This document shows, piece by piece, positions 30,635 through 49,959 of a DNA stretch of 64,000 bases. The translations under genes and the position numbers were made by a program. The notes under the pieces were generated by a model. That model did no database searches. It saw only the letters and a program-made list of their open reading frames with translations, and was not told where the DNA came from. Every line of letters starts with the position of its first letter. Positions within the stretch are counted from its first letter, which is position 1. This DNA comes from the human T2T-CHM13v2.0 reference genome, Homo sapiens: assembly GCF_009914755.1 (NCBI RefSeq), contig NC_060930.1, one strand, 5' to 3'.

Positions 30635-30833
30635 CTTAGTCTGATTTTATCTCTACTTGTTGCATTTTCTCTGCTGCTTGGCATGCCACATATTCTGGAT
30701 GATGTGTTATAGAGGCTCTGGATTTTGCCATCTTCCTCCACAGACTGCTAACAATTTGATAGTTCATTAATTATAAAAGAATTACCTTTGGTAAAAATCG
30801 GACCCACTTTGATTCTGCTTAGGCTTGATTTTA

Positions 30834-32119
<1,286 letters not shown>

Positions 32120-33568
32120 AGGCTTGATTTTAGACTTTGCTACTTTGCTATTTCAGTGTGGTACTTACTCCAAGGCCACGGCCCTCACTCATAGTGCTTC
32201 ACCATCCTCATGTCTCAACCCGGGTTTGGCTGGGCTAAATTAATTCCAATATCTCCTCACACTATGAAGCCTTTGGCATTTCTACATAGCATGCAATCCC
32301 CAAGCAGCTGTTCTCTGGTGGGCTTCTTACAGTATCACCTGGAGCATATGCAGCTTTGGAGTGCAGATTTTGGGAGTTTCTTCGCTGTAGCTCCCTCCTT
32401 CAGCACCCTACCCTTAAATCCCAGTCAAAGTGCCAAGCCTGAACTCTGATCTCTGATTCCTTTGCTACTGAGATTGATTCTCTCTGCTTGGGTTCCATTT
32501 CCCTTCATTGAATTTTGAAAAAAATCCTCTTAGAAAGAAAGCTGATGAGGATGTGAGTCTCTCTTTCAGGGACTCCATTCCCTGGAGGGTGATAGTCCTG
32601 CTCTGGCTGCTGTTTTGCAGCTGCACAACTGCATCGTGTTTTGTCTGGCTTTTATACTTGTTTACAGTGGGAGGATGAGTTTTAAATGAGCTAGTCTATC
32701 ACAGTTCAAGTCAGAAGACCTCTAATCCTTCAATAGTCATTGCATTTGAAAATCTGAATAGGGTAATTTGACAATTCACAGGCAAAGTTAATATGTTATA
32801 TCTTAGTGCCCAGTTGAAACCTCAATTTCATCTTTAACAACCTTATACACACAAAATACACACACACACACACACACATCACTGTGTTATACAGTCATGC
32901 ACTGCTTAATGATGTTTCTGTCAATGATTGATCACGTATACGACTGTCATCCTATTAAACGGAGCTGAAAAATTCCTATCACCTAGTGACATTGTAGCCA
33001 TTGTAATGTCATAACACAATGCATTAATCATGTGCTTGTGGTGATGCTGATGTAAATAAACCTACTGCACTGCCAATCCTATAAAAGTCTACCCCATACA
33101 GTTAAAAACAGCATGTAATACTTGATGATAATAAATATGTTACTGGTTTATGTATTTACTATACTTTTTATGGTGATTTTAGAGTGTGCTCTAATTATTT
33201 TTTAAGTTAAATTAAAACAGCGTCAGGCAGGTCCTTTAGGAGGTATTCCAGAAGAAGGCATTGTTATCACAGGAGATGACAGTTCCATGCTTGTTATTAC
33301 CTGTGAAATAACAGTGGGACAAGATGTGAAGGCTGAAGTTGGTGATATTGTTGATCCTGACCCTGTGTCAGCCTAGGCTAATGTATGTCTTTGTTTTTAC
33401 CAAAAAAGATTAAAAGGTTAAAAAATTAAGTAGAAATAGTTTCTAGAATGAGAATATAAGGAAAAATATTTTTGTATAGCTGAATAATGTGCTGGTGTTT
33501 TAAGCTAAGTGCTATTACAAAATAGTTGAATTTTTTAAAAAATTAAGGTTTATAAATATGAAAAAGTT

Positions 33569-36500
33569 CAAGACTTGAACTCAGCTTTGGATCAAGTGGA
33601 TCTGATAGACACCTACAGAGCTTTCCACCCAAAAACAACAGAATATACATTCTTCTCATTGCTACACAGCACCTACTCTAAAATTGGTCACATAATCAAA
33701 AGTAAAACACTCCTCAGCAAATGCAAAAAGAACTGAAATCATAATAAACAGTCTCTCAGACCACAGCACAATCAAATTAGAAACCAAAAGTAAGAAATTC
33801 GCTCAAAACCATACAACTACATGGAAATTGAACAACCTGCTCCTGAATGACTGTTGGGTAAATTATTAAATTAAGGCAGAAATCAATAAGTTATTTGAAG
33901 CTAATGAGAATGAAGAGACAATGTATCAGAATCTTTGGGACACAGCTACAGCAGTGTAAAGAGGGAAATTTATAGCACTAAATGCCTATATCAAAACACC
34001 AGAAAAATCTCAAGTTAACAATCTAGTATCACAACTAAAAGAACTAGAGAAACAAAAACAAATCCCAAAGCTAGCAGAAGACAAGAAATAACCAAGATCG
34101 GAGCTGAACTGAAGGAGAGAGAGACACACAAAACCCTTCAAAACGTTAATGAATCTAGGAGCTGTTTTTTTGAAAGAATTAATAAAATAGAACACTATCT
34201 AGACTAATAGAGAAGAAGAGAGAGAAGAATCAAATAAACAAATCAGAAATAACAAGGGTGATATTACCACTGGCCCCACAGAAATACAAACAACAATCAG
34301 AGAATACTACGAACACCTCTATGCAAATAAACTAGAAAATCTAGAAGAAGTTGATAAATTCCTGCCCACATACACCCTCCCAAGACTGAACCAGGAAGAA
34401 ATTGAAACTCTTAGCAGGCCAGTAATGAGTTCTGAAGTTGAGGCAATAAATAGCCTACCAACCAAAAAAAGCCGAGGACCAGACAGATTGATAGCTGAAT
34501 TCTATCAAAAGTACAAAGGAGAGCTGGTACCATTTTCACTAAAACTATTCCAAACAATTGAAAAGGGGGGACTCTTCCCTAACTCATTTTAAAAGGCCAG
34601 CATCATCCTGATACCAAAACTTGGCAGAGATATAACAAAAAAAGAAAACTTCGGGCCATGCATGATGAACATCAATGCAACAATCCTCAATAAAATTCTG
34701 GCAAACCGAATCCAGCAGCACATCAAAAAGCTTATTCATCACAATCAAGTTGGCTTCATCCCCAGGATGCAAGGTTGGTTCAACATACACAAATCAATAA
34801 ATGCGATTCATAACATAAACAGAACTAAAGAAAAAAACCACATGATTATCTCAATAGATGCAGAAAAGGCACTTGATAAAATTCAATATACTTTCATGTT
34901 AAAAACTCTTAATAAACTAGGTGTTGAAGGAAGAGATCTCAAAATAATAAGGGCAATATATGACAAACCCACAGCCAATATCATACTGAATGGGCAAAAG
35001 CTGGAAACATTCCCCTTGAAAACCGGCACCAGACAAGCCTCTCACCACTTATATTAGTTTCACCATCATGAGAACAGCAGTTTCTTAAGCTGATAAGGAA
35101 CTTCAGCAACGTCTCAGGATACAGAATGTGCAAAAATCGCTAGCATTCCTATATACCAACAACAGGCAAGCAGAGAGCCAAATCATCAACTCCCATTCAC
35201 AATTCCTACAGAAAGAATGAAATACCTAGGAATACAGCTAACAAGGGAAGTGAAGGACCTCTTCAAGGAGAACTACAAACCACTGCTCAAAGAAAAATCA
35301 GAGAGGATACAAACAAATAGGATAACATTCCATGTTCATGGATAGGAAGAATCCATATCATGAAAATGGCCATACTGCCCAAAGTAATTTGTAGATGTGA
35401 TGCTATTCCCATTAAACTATCATAGACATTCTTCACAGAATTAGAAGAAAAAAAAACACTATTTTTTTTTTTAAGATAGAGTCTTGCTCTGTCACCCAGG
35501 CTGGAGTGCAGTGGCGTGATCTCGGCTCACTGCAACCTCCGCGTCCCCAGGTTCAAGCGATTCTCCTGCCTCAACCTCCCAAGTAGCTGGGATTGCAAAT
35601 GCGCACCACCACGCCCAGCTAATTTTTGTATTTTTAGTAGAGATGGGGTTTCACAATGTTGGCCAGGCTAGTCTTGAACTCCTGACCTCATGATCTGTCC
35701 ACCTCAGCCTCCCAAAGTGCTGGGATTATAGGCGTGGGCCACTGCGCCTAGCCTGAAAAAAAAAACAAAACTATTTTTAAATTCATATGGAACCAAAAAA
35801 AGAGCCTGAATAGCCAAGACAATTCTAAGCAAAAAGAACAAAACTGGAGGCATCACATTACCTGACTTCAAACTATACTACAAGGTTACAATACTAAAAC
35901 AGCATGGTACTGATACAAAAACAGATACATAGACCAATGGAACAGAATAAAGAACTGTGAAATAAGATCACACACCTACAACCATCTGATCTTTGACAAG
36001 TCTGACCAAAACAAGTAATGGGGAAAGAATTCCCTATTTAATAAATGGTGCTGGGAGAACTGGCTTGCCATATGCAGAAAATTGAAACTAGGCCCGTTCC
36101 TTAAACTATATACAAAAATTAATTCAAGATGGATTAAAGACTTAAATGTAAAACCCAAAACTATAAAAACGCTAGAAGAAAATCTATGCAATACTCTTCA
36201 GAACATAGGCATGGGCAAAGATTTCATGATGAAGACTCCAAAAGCAATTGCAACAAAAGCAAAAATTGACTAATGGAATTAATTAAACTAAAGAGCTTCT
36301 GCACAGCAAAGGAAACTATCAGCAGAGTGAATAGACAACCTGCAGAATAGGAGAAGATTTTTGCAATCTATACATCTGACAAAGGTCTAATATCCAGAGT
36401 TTACAAGGAGCTTCAGCAAATTTACAAGAAAAAAACAAACAACCCCATTAAAAAGTAGGCAAAGGACATGAGCAGACACCTCTCAAAAAAAGACATACAT

Positions 36501-37280
36501 GCAGCCAACAAACATATGAGAAAAGTTGAACATCACTGATAATTAGAGAAATGCAAATAAAAACCACAATGAGATACCAGAGTGGCTATTAATAAGTCAA
36601 AAAACAAGAGATGCTGGTGAAGTCACAGAGAAAAAGCAATGCTTTCACACTGTTGGTGGAAATGTAAATTCGTTCAACCATTGTGGAAGACAGTGTGGTG
36701 ATTCCTCAAAAACCTAGAGGCAGAAATTGACCTAGCAATCTCATTACTGGATACATACCCAAAGGAATATAAATCATTCTATTATAAAGATATATACACG
36801 CATATGTTCATTGCAGCACTATTCACAATAGCAAAGACATGGAATCAACATAAATGCCCATCAATGATAGACTGGATAAAGAAAATGTGGTACATATACA
36901 ACATGGAATGCGATGCAGCCACATAAAGGAATAAGACCATGTCCTTTGCAGGGACATGAATGGAGTGGGAAGCCATTATCCTCAGCAAACTGACCCAGGA
37001 ACAGAAAACAAAACACCATGTGTTCTCACTTATAAGTGGGAGCTGAATGATGACAACACATGGATACATGGGGGAGAACAACACACACTGGGGTCTGTTA
37101 GAGGGCATGGGGCTGGGGGAGGGAAGCACCAGGAAGAATAGCCAATGGATGTTGGCCTTAATACCTAGGTGATGGGACGATCTCTGCAGCAAACCACCAT
37201 GGCACACATTTACCTACGTAACAAACCTGCACATTCTGTACATGTACCCCTGAACTTAAAAAAAGGGTGGAGAAAAAAAG
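33569..37280 (+). mobile_element. Older 5'-truncated L1PA (ORF2 to 3'UTR), disrupted
   Basis: ORF2p fragments ([24 protein letters not shown] and [18 protein letters not shown]), a 3'UTR and an A-rich tail. Confidence 0.92.
35462..35754 (-). mobile_element. AluS nested in L1
   Basis: Reverse Alu flanked by gaaaaaaaaacactattttt-like duplicated sequence. Confidence 0.93.
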
Positions 37281-37528
37281 ATTAAAAAGTTACAGTAAGC
37301 TAAGATTAATTTATTATTAAAGAAAGAAAATGATTTTTAAAATTAATTTAGTGTAGCCTAAATGTACAGTGTTTATAAAGTCTAAGTAGTGTATAGTAAT
37401 GCCCTAGACTTCACATTCACTCGCCACTCACTGACACCCAGAGCAATTTCCAGTCCTGTAAGCTCCATTCATGGTAAGTGCTCTAGACAAATGTGCCAGT
37501 TTTTAAAAAATCTTTTAACCACATTTTT

Positions 37529-38230
37529 GTGGCAAAATTTTGTGGGAAAATTCAAAGTCTTTTTTCTACTGTTCTTACACCCCAACAACTATCAACACAG
37601 AAGGCTTCTGCGATGAAATGTAGGGGATTTCTCCCCAAAAACAAGCAAACAATTGGTTCTGTTATGGACGCCAGCTGGGTATCCTCTAACTCAATTCTGA
37701 CACTATCTCCCTGGAGATAATTTTAGATCCCGCAAGTTGATGGCTCAGTCCTCACGACTGTCACCCTCTCACTTCTGATGACAATCTCAAGCCCCAGATT
37801 ATTTTGCCTGTGTTGCTAACTCACTGACTATAAATCAGGGTTCCCAAAACCCACCCTCAGGTTTGATTGATTTGCTAGAATGGCTCATAGCATGCCAGGA
37901 AACACTTACATACATTAACCAGTTTATTTAAAAGGATATTTTAAAGGATAAAGAGCCACATGAAGAGATAAGAGCCACATGAAGAGATACATAGGGTGAG
38001 GTCTGAAAGGGTCTTGAGTGCAGGAGCTTCTGCCCCATGTGTTTGGGAAGTGCTACCCTCCCTGGCACATGTCTGAGTTATTGTTCACCTTCCTATAAGC
38101 CTCCCTGTGTTCAGCCATACAGAAGCTCTCTGACTCTTCCCTTTTGGGTTTTGATGGAAGCCATATTTCTTAGGCATGATTCATTACATCATGGCCATCA
38201 GCTTAACCTTCAGCCTCTCTTGCCTTCCTG
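37529..38230 (-). mobile_element. MER21-family LTR
   Basis: ggacgccagctgggtatcctctaactcaattctgacactatctccctggagata...gatttgctagaatggctcatag. Contains a 19-bp tandem duplication at 37951-37988. Confidence 0.7.
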
Positions 38231-39521
38231 CCAATGGTATAATCCTATGTCTAAAAAAATCTAAAGATGCCACCAAAAAACAATTAGATCCAATAAATAA
38301 ATTCAGTAAAGTGGCAAGATGCAAAATCAACATGCAAAAATCAATATAATGTCTACACATTAGTAATGAAGTAGCTAAGAAAGAAATTTAAAAGCAGTCC
38401 CATTTATGATAGCGACAAAAACCCCCCAGAAAAACAGGAATAAATTTAAGCAAGGAAATGAACAATCTCTTTACAAAAACCTACACAACACTGGGGAGCA
38501 GTTCCAAGATGGCCAAATAGGAACAGCTCCAGTCTATAGCTCCCAGCGTGAGCCATGCAGAAGATGGGTGATTTCTGCATATCCAACTGAGGTACCAGGG
38601 TCATCTCACTGGGGCTTGTCGGACAGTGGGTGCAGAACAGTGGGTGCAGTGCACCGAGCATAAGCTGAAGCAGGGCAAGGCATCGCCTCACCCAAGAAGC
38701 ACAAGGGGTCAGGAAATTCCTTTTCCTAGCCAAGCAAAGCTGTGACAGACGGCACCTGGAAAATCGGGTAGCTCCCACCCTAATACTGCGCTTCTCCAAT
38801 GGTCTGAGCAAATGGCACACCAGGGGATTATATCCTGCACCTGGCTCGGAGGGTCCCAAGCCCATGGAGCCTCCCTCATTGCTAGCACAGCAGTCTGAGA
38901 TCAAACTGCAAGGTGGCAGCAAGGCTGGGGGAGGGGCGCCCACCATTGCTGAGGCTTGAGTAGGTAAACAAAGCGACCGGGAAGCTTGAACTGGGTGGAA
39001 CCAACTGCAGCTCAAGGAGGCCTGCCTGCCTCTGTAGACTCCACCGCTGGAGGCAGGGCATAGCCGAACAAAAGGCAGTAGAAACCTCTGCAGACTTAAA
39101 TGTGCCTGTCTGACAGCTTTGAAGAGGGTAGTGGTTCTTCCGGCATGGAGTTTGAGATCTGAGAATGAACAGACTGCCTCCTCAAGTGGGTCCCTGACCC
39201 CTGAGAAGCCTAACTGGGAGGCATCTCCCTGTAGGGGCAGACTGACACCTCACACGGCCAGGTACCCCTCTGAGACAAAACTTCCACAGGAACGATCAGG
39301 CAGCAACATTTGCTGTTCAGCAATATTCACTGTTCTGCAGCCTCTGCTGCTGATACCCAGGCAAACAGGGTCTGGAGTGGACCTCCAGCAAACTCCAACA
39401 GACCTGCAGCTGAGGGTCCTGACTGTTAGAAGGAAAACTAACAAACAGAAAGAACATCCACACCAAAACCCCATCTGTACGTCACCATCATCAAAGACCA
39501 AAGGTAGATAAAACCACAAAG

Positions 39522-40539
39522 ATGGGGAAAAAACAGAGCAGAAAAATTGAAAATTCTAAAACTCAGAGTGCCTCTCCTCCTCCAAAGGAATGCAGCTCCT
39601 CACCAGCAACGGAACAAAGCTAGACGGAGAATGACTTTGATGAGCTGAGAGAAGAAGGCTTCAGACGATCAAACTTCTCCAAGCTAAAGGAGGAAGTTCA
39701 AACCCATTGCAAAGAAGTTAAAAACCTTGAAACAAGATTAGACGAATGGCTAACTAGAATAACCAATGCAGAGAAGTCCTTAAAGGACCTGATGGAGCTG
39801 AAAACCATGGCAGGAGAACTACGTGATGCGTGCACAAGATTCAGTAGCCGATTCAATCAACTGGAAGAAAGGGTAACAGAGATTGAAGATCAAATGAATG
39901 AAATGAAGCAAGAAGAGAAGTTTAGAGAAAAAAGAATAAAAAGAAATGAACAAAGCCTCCAAGAAATATGGGACTATGTGAAAAGACCAAATCTACGTTG
40001 GCTTGGTGTACCTGAAAGTGACAGGGAGAATGGAACCAAGTTGGAAAACACTCTGCAGGATATTATCCAGGAGAACTTCCCCAACCTAGCAAGGCAGACC
40101 AACATTCAAATTCAGGAAATGCAGAGAATGCCATAAAGATACTCCGTGAGAAGAGCAACTCCAAGACACATTAATTGTCAGATTCACCAAAGTTGAAATG
40201 AAGGAAAAAATGTTAAGGGCAGCCAGAGAGAAAGGTTGGGTTACCCACAAAGGGAAGCCCATCAGACTAACAGCGGATCTCTCAGCAGAAACTCTACAAG
40301 CCAGAAGAGACTGGGGGCCAATATTCAACATTCTTAAAGAAAAGAATTTTCAACCCAGAATTTCATATCCAGCCAAACTAAGCTTCATAAGTGAAGGAGA
40401 AATAAAATACTTTACAGACAAGCAAATGCTCAGAAATTTTGTCACCTCCAGGCCTGCCCTACGAGAGCTCCTGAAGGAAGCACTAAACATGGAAAGGAAC
40501 AACTGGTACCAGCCACTGCAAAAACATGCCAAATTGTAA
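39522..40539 (+). pseudogene. L1 ORF1 (RNA-binding protein), disrupted
   Basis: ATG GGG AAA AAA CAG at 39522. Premature TAG at 39621 and TAA at ~40134, plus a frameshift. Ends YQPLQKHAKL*. Confidence 0.92.
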
Positions 40540-40602
40540 AGACCATCGATGCTAGGAAGAAACTGCATCAACTAACAAGCAAAATAACCAGCTAACATCA
40601 TA

Positions 40603-44433
<3,831 letters not shown>

Positions 44434-44709
44434 ACAATGAGAACACTTGGACACAGGGCGGCGAACATCACACACCGGGGACAGTCATGGAGAGGGGGCT
44501 GGGAGAGGGATAGCATTAGGAGAAATACCTAATGTAAATGACGAGTTAATGGGTGCAGCAAACCAACATGTATACCTATGTAACAAACCTGCACATTGTG
44601 CACTTGTACTCTAGAACTTAAAGTATAATAAAAATAAATAAATAAAATTAAAAAGGAAAAAATATATATGTAGAATATATATAATATATGTATTTATTTA
44701 TTTATAGAA

Positions 44710-46098
44710 AGAGAAATTGAAAAAATTCTGAAAATAAATGATAATGGAAATGCAACATACCAAAACCTAAGGGATACAGTGAAAGTAATACTAAGAGGGA
44801 AGTTTATAGCTATAAGTAGCTACATCAAAAAAAAAAGAAAAACTTCAAATAAACAATACAACAATGCATCTTAAATAGCTAGAAAAGCAAGGGAAAACCA
44901 AACCCAAAATTAGTAGAAGAAAAGAAATATGAAGATCAGAACAAAAGTAAATGAGTTTGAAATGAAGAAAACAATACCAAAGATCAATGAAACAAAAAGT
45001 AAGTTTTTTGAAAAGTTAAACAAAATTGACAAATCATTAGCCAGACTAACAGAAAAAGACAGAAGACCCAAATAAATAAAATCAAACATGAAAAAAGAGA
45101 CATTACAACTGATACTGCAGAAATTCAAAGGATCATCAGTGGCTACTATGGGCAACTACATGCCAATAAATTGGAAAACCTAGAAGAAATGGGTAGATTC
45201 CTAGATACATATAACCTACCAAGATTGAATGGTGAACAAAATCCAAAACCTGAACAGACCAATAGCAAGTAATCAGATAAAAGTCATAACAAAAAGTCTC
45301 CCAGCAAAGAAAAGCCCTGATGGCTTCACTGCTGAATTCTACCAAACATTTAAAGAAAAACTAATACCAATCCTGTTCAAACTGTTCCAAAAAATTCAGG
45401 AAGGAATACTTCCAAAATCATCCTACAAGGGCAGTATTACCCTGATACCAAAACCGGACAAAGACACATCAAAAAAAGGAAGCTATAGGCCAATATTACT
45501 GACAAATATTGTTGCAAAAATCCTCAACAAAATACTAGCAAATAAAAATCGACAACACATTAAAAAGATCATTCCTCATGACCAAGTGGGATTTATCCTA
45601 GGGATGCAAGGATGGTTCAAAATATGCAAGTCAATCAATGTGATACATCATATTCAACAGAATGAAAGACAAAAACCATATAATCATTTCAATTGATGCT
45701 GTAAAAACAGTCAATAAAATTCAACATTCCTTCATGATAAAGACTGTCAAAAAACTGAGTATAGAAGGAACATACCTTAACATAATAAGCCATTATGTAC
45801 AACAAACCCACAGCTAGTATCATACTAAATGAATGGGGAAAAATTGAAGGCCTTTCCTCTAAGATCAGTAACACAACAAGGTTGCCTGCTTTCACCACCG
45901 TTATTGACCATAGTATTGGAAACCCTAGCTAGAGCAATCAGACAAGAGAAAGAAATAGAAGTCAAATTATCCTTGTTTGCAGATGATATAATCTTATATT
46001 TGGAAAAATCTACAAGACTCCACCAAAGAACTATTAGAACTGATAAACAAATTCAGTAAAGTTGCATAATACAAAATCAACATACAAAAATCAGTAGT
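44710..46098 (+). mobile_element. Older L1 (L1MA/L1PB) ORF2 fragment
   Basis: ORFs [20 protein letters not shown] and [15 protein letters not shown]. Confidence 0.88.
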
Positions 46099-46540
46099 AG
46101 CCAGGTACAGTGTCTCATGCCTATAATCTCAGCACTTTGGGAGATAGAGGAGGGTGTATCACTTGAGCCTGGAAGTTTAAGACCAGCCTAGGCAACTTAG
46201 GGAGACTGCATCTTTACCAAAAAAAAAAAAAAATTGTAATTAGCTGAGTGTGGTGACATGTGCCTGTGGTCCCAACTACTTGGCAGGCTGAGGTTGTAGG
46301 TTGAGACTGCAGTAAGTTGTAGTCATGCCACTGCACTCCAGCCTGGGAAATATGGCAGACCCTGTCTCTTAAAAAAGAAAAATTAATAAGGCGTGATAGT
46401 GCATACCTGTGGTCCCAGCTGCTCAGGAAGCTGAGGCAGGAGGACCACTTGAGCCCAAGAAGTCAAAGCAGCGGTGAGCTGTGTTCATACCACTGCACTC
46501 CAGACTGGGCGACAGAGCAAGACCCTGTCTCAGAAAAAAG
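46099..46540 (+). mobile_element. AluJ followed by an extra right-arm monomer (FRAM-like)
   Basis: Left arm, linker, internally deleted right arm, then a second right arm from ~46389. Confidence 0.8.
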
Positions 46541-47499
46541 GGAAACCCTGGACATTCCTACACCTGAGGCCTCTTCAATGGCTGCTGCCAATGACTTTGG
46601 CCACAAGGGATGATGTATGAAGGAAACATGGGCCCTGAAATAAAATTGGTCTGAATTTGAACATGGCCTTTACCATTTTTTTATTACTATGGACAAATTA
46701 CCCTCATTACTGAGCATTGGTTTCTTAATATATAAACTGGGAGTAATATCCCCAATTAATAACAATGGGACATAGCAGGATGGGGTTGCCCTTTTCACCC
46801 TTTTCATCCCTCCTCTCACTCACTGGATGAGAGTTTCTACACAATAATCAATTGGTGCTGTGCTGTGCTGTGTCACTTTGCATCTGCTCATGAGAGGATA
46901 TTTTGTCTTTAAGATGCCTACTCTAAAGATATGAAGAGCTAGGAAAATGGTAATTGCTGCCCTTAAGCAAGCACTTGGTGCAGTGGCAGAACAAAGTTGG
47001 AATTTTGGGGTTGGGGTAGACAAGGAAAGAGGGCTGCAGACTTAGGGAAGAAGAACACCTTGTTGGCCATGTGAGGAGCATCCAGCACTTGCTACAGTTA
47101 GTGGGAGCAAAACAGTACAGAGATAGGTAAATCATGCTGTGGACTGTGAGTATATTCTTGATCAGCCAGTGATTATTCCACTCTCTACTGCCTTTAATTG
47201 GAGATCTACATTAAGCTACACACACAAACACACACACAGCTTATCTGGGTAGGGATGAATAAGAAAACCGGTCCTTTTCACAAAGATCTGCAGCTGAAAT
47301 TCACATCATCTGCATGGTCCAAAATGGGAATCCACTGATGCTGTAAGTCCATCCAGCCTAGTGGAGCATAGTGTGGGCTAGATAAGGATGATATGAAATA
47401 ATGAATGCAAAACACCAGCACAGGAAGCGGAATATGGCACATGTGCAAAACACTGCCCATTCCTTGTAAAGCCAAAATAGTATGTATTTATTTAAAGGA

Positions 47500-47705
47500 C
47501 CTGGGTCTTCGAGTCAGACAGACCTGGATATCCTGGGACTGCTCTGATCAGCATGACATACAGAAAGCTATTTGAGGCTTCATAGAGCTCAGTTCTTTGT
47601 CTGTAAATACTTTCTTTTGTGTGAAAATTAAATTAAATAGCAATAGGGCTTGTAACACATTTGACACAATTGCTGGTACTGCAATTTGTGGTGCTAATGA
47701 CAACG
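47500..47705 (+). mobile_element. MIR SINE remnant
   Basis: gagtcagacagacctgg...gagctcagttctttgtctgtaaa core. Confidence 0.6.
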
Positions 47706-48175
47706 TTAGTGATGATGATTTTCTTCTGTAGGGCACCATGTTCTCTAGGGAATGGTGAATTCTAGAGGCCAAGTCTTACCCTAAAGTTCCATGTCACCCT
47801 ATGAAAAAGCATTTGGGATAAAACAGGCTTTTGAGTCCCTCTAAAAACAGAGCATGTGAGTAGTTGGTATGGGGATCCGAGTTGGGTTGGGGAAAGAGGC
47901 AATTATTTTTATTCCCTTCAGTATGTTCTATCCTCTCTGATATTTCTAAATTATCTACACTTTCTCCATCAACATTCCCTTTTTAATTTGTAAATATAAC
48001 TTTTTCTCATTATAATGTAATATATATTCACTGCAGAAAAATTACCAAATATTTCAAATGATCAATTACAAATTTAAACTATCCCATGATCCTTACAGCA
48101 GAGATATGTGGTTTCATTTCCTTCTAGTCAGTTATATATTTTCCTGCTGCTGCCCCATTACTGGATGTGTGCCAT

Positions 48176-48185
48176 TCTCTCTCTC

Positions 48186-48221
<36 letters not shown>
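48176..48221. repeat. (CT)n microsatellite with one interruption
   Basis: Seen directly in the sequence. Confidence 0.95.
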
Positions 48222-48223
<2 letters not shown>

Positions 48224-48809
48224 ACCCCCAAAGTTATGACCACAGACCTCAGTGGCCCACAGCCCTGCACTCTCCAAATGCCATCTCCCAGGTCAGTTCA
48301 CTCTTACAATTCCTCAGGGGGCTGTTTCTCACTTTGTTCTCTGCCCTCACATCCCTCCACTCCTTCCACACTCCCTATTTTTAGGTTATACATTTATTTC
48401 TCTTTCACGCAGGAAAAAAAGGAGGACCCAGGTGAGAAATGCATCACCATCCCATTACTATCCCCAAATCTGCACTTGTATCCTCAGCCTTCCCACCAGT
48501 GATGATGGATGATCCCCGCTCCTAAGACCACCCCTGCACTCAAGCATAAGATCAATCCTTCCTTCCCCTATATCATCAATTTCCACTCTCTACTGGCCCA
48601 TCATTTCTACAGGCAGACGTGCTGTAATATCTCCCCCCAAAAAAACAAACAAAACTGGACTAAACAAATCAAAACAAAATCTTCCCATCGAAATTTATCC
48701 CTTGATCTCTGATCCCATGTCTCCCTGCAACTACTGCCCTATACTATGGCAGTCTTCATAGGACAATCTCTGAGTCTATTCTTCATGTAGTCTTTTGAAA
48801 CATTGCATT

Positions 48810-48956
48810 TTTTGTTGTTTGTTTGTTTGTTTGTTTTTTTGATACGGGGTCTCCTTGTGTTGCCCTGGCTGGTCTTGAACTCCTGGGCTCAAGCAATTCT
48901 CTTTCCTTAGCCTCCAAAGCACTAGGATTATAGGCTTGAGCCACCACACTTGGCCT
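48810..48956 (-). mobile_element. FLAM_C-like Alu monomer with (TTTG)n tail
   Basis: gctggtcttgaactcctgggctcaagcaa...gagccaccacacttggcc. Confidence 0.82.
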
Positions 48957-49959
48957 GATAGTATAATGTTCTTACACTTTTTCTTTCTTTTTTGCAAACA
49001 TTTTTCCATTTTATTATGACTTTTGTCTTCCAAATTATCTAATGAATTGTTCATTTCTATGATTCTGTAATCACATTTTTAATTTCCAGAGCTCGTTCTT
49101 GTGTATAATTTTACATAAATGAGTTCCTATTTCATAAATGCCACTTATTTTCTTACATCCTTTATATATTATTGATAATAGTAGCAGGGGACTTGTTGGG
49201 TCTCCTTGTTATCTTCTTTCACGATATTATGAAATTTTCTCTCAGAATTCATAAATGTAGTGGTTTCACATTTATCTTGGTAATTTTTGCTAAATGTCCG
49301 TCTCTCTCATGACAGTGCAAGCTCCATATCATCAAGATCTTACTTTAGCTCTTCTTCTATCTTCAATGTCTAGCTAATATCTTGATTCACCTTGAAATAT
49401 ACACCGGATGATGGACTTTAGTGTGGTGTGGGCAGTGAAGTCACACATGCCCTTTTGTCCTCCCGAGCTCTAAGCCTAGCAGCTGCCTGTCATAGAATGT
49501 TCACGGACATTGAAATGGTTCACTTGCATGGGGTGCAGAGTCACACTCACCTACCTTATGGGCAGAGCATCAACAAAAGATGAGTCAATTAGGTGTCTGA
49601 GAGAAGATCTCCTGGCTTCAATCCAGCTTCACCACCTCCTCAACCTCTCTGAGTCACATAGTAGATTCCTGATGGGTTTTCTCTGATGATTAAATTATAT
49701 ATTGTCTATGTATTATACACATTATTACTGACTGAGACATATTAAGTGTCCACAATTCATAGCTAACATCATATTGATTATACTATTTTGGTTGTTTTCA
49801 TTCTTTTGTTTTATAAACGATAATTCAAGGAATATTCTTGTTATATATTTTTAAAAACGTGTGATTTTCTTCTTAGGCTACATTTTTAGAAGATAAGTTT
49901 TTTGCATCAACATGATCTTCTTGAGACATTTTCCAAAAATGCTCTTTAGACACTGGGGT

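Larger units (their letters stand above)
32891..37525 (-). mobile_element. Tigger3b-like element split by an L1 (pieces 32891-33568 and 37284-37525)
   Basis: TIR cagtcatgcactgcttaatga, opposite in orientation to the 7748-8845 copy. aaaaagtt is repeated on both sides of the L1. Confidence 0.8.
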
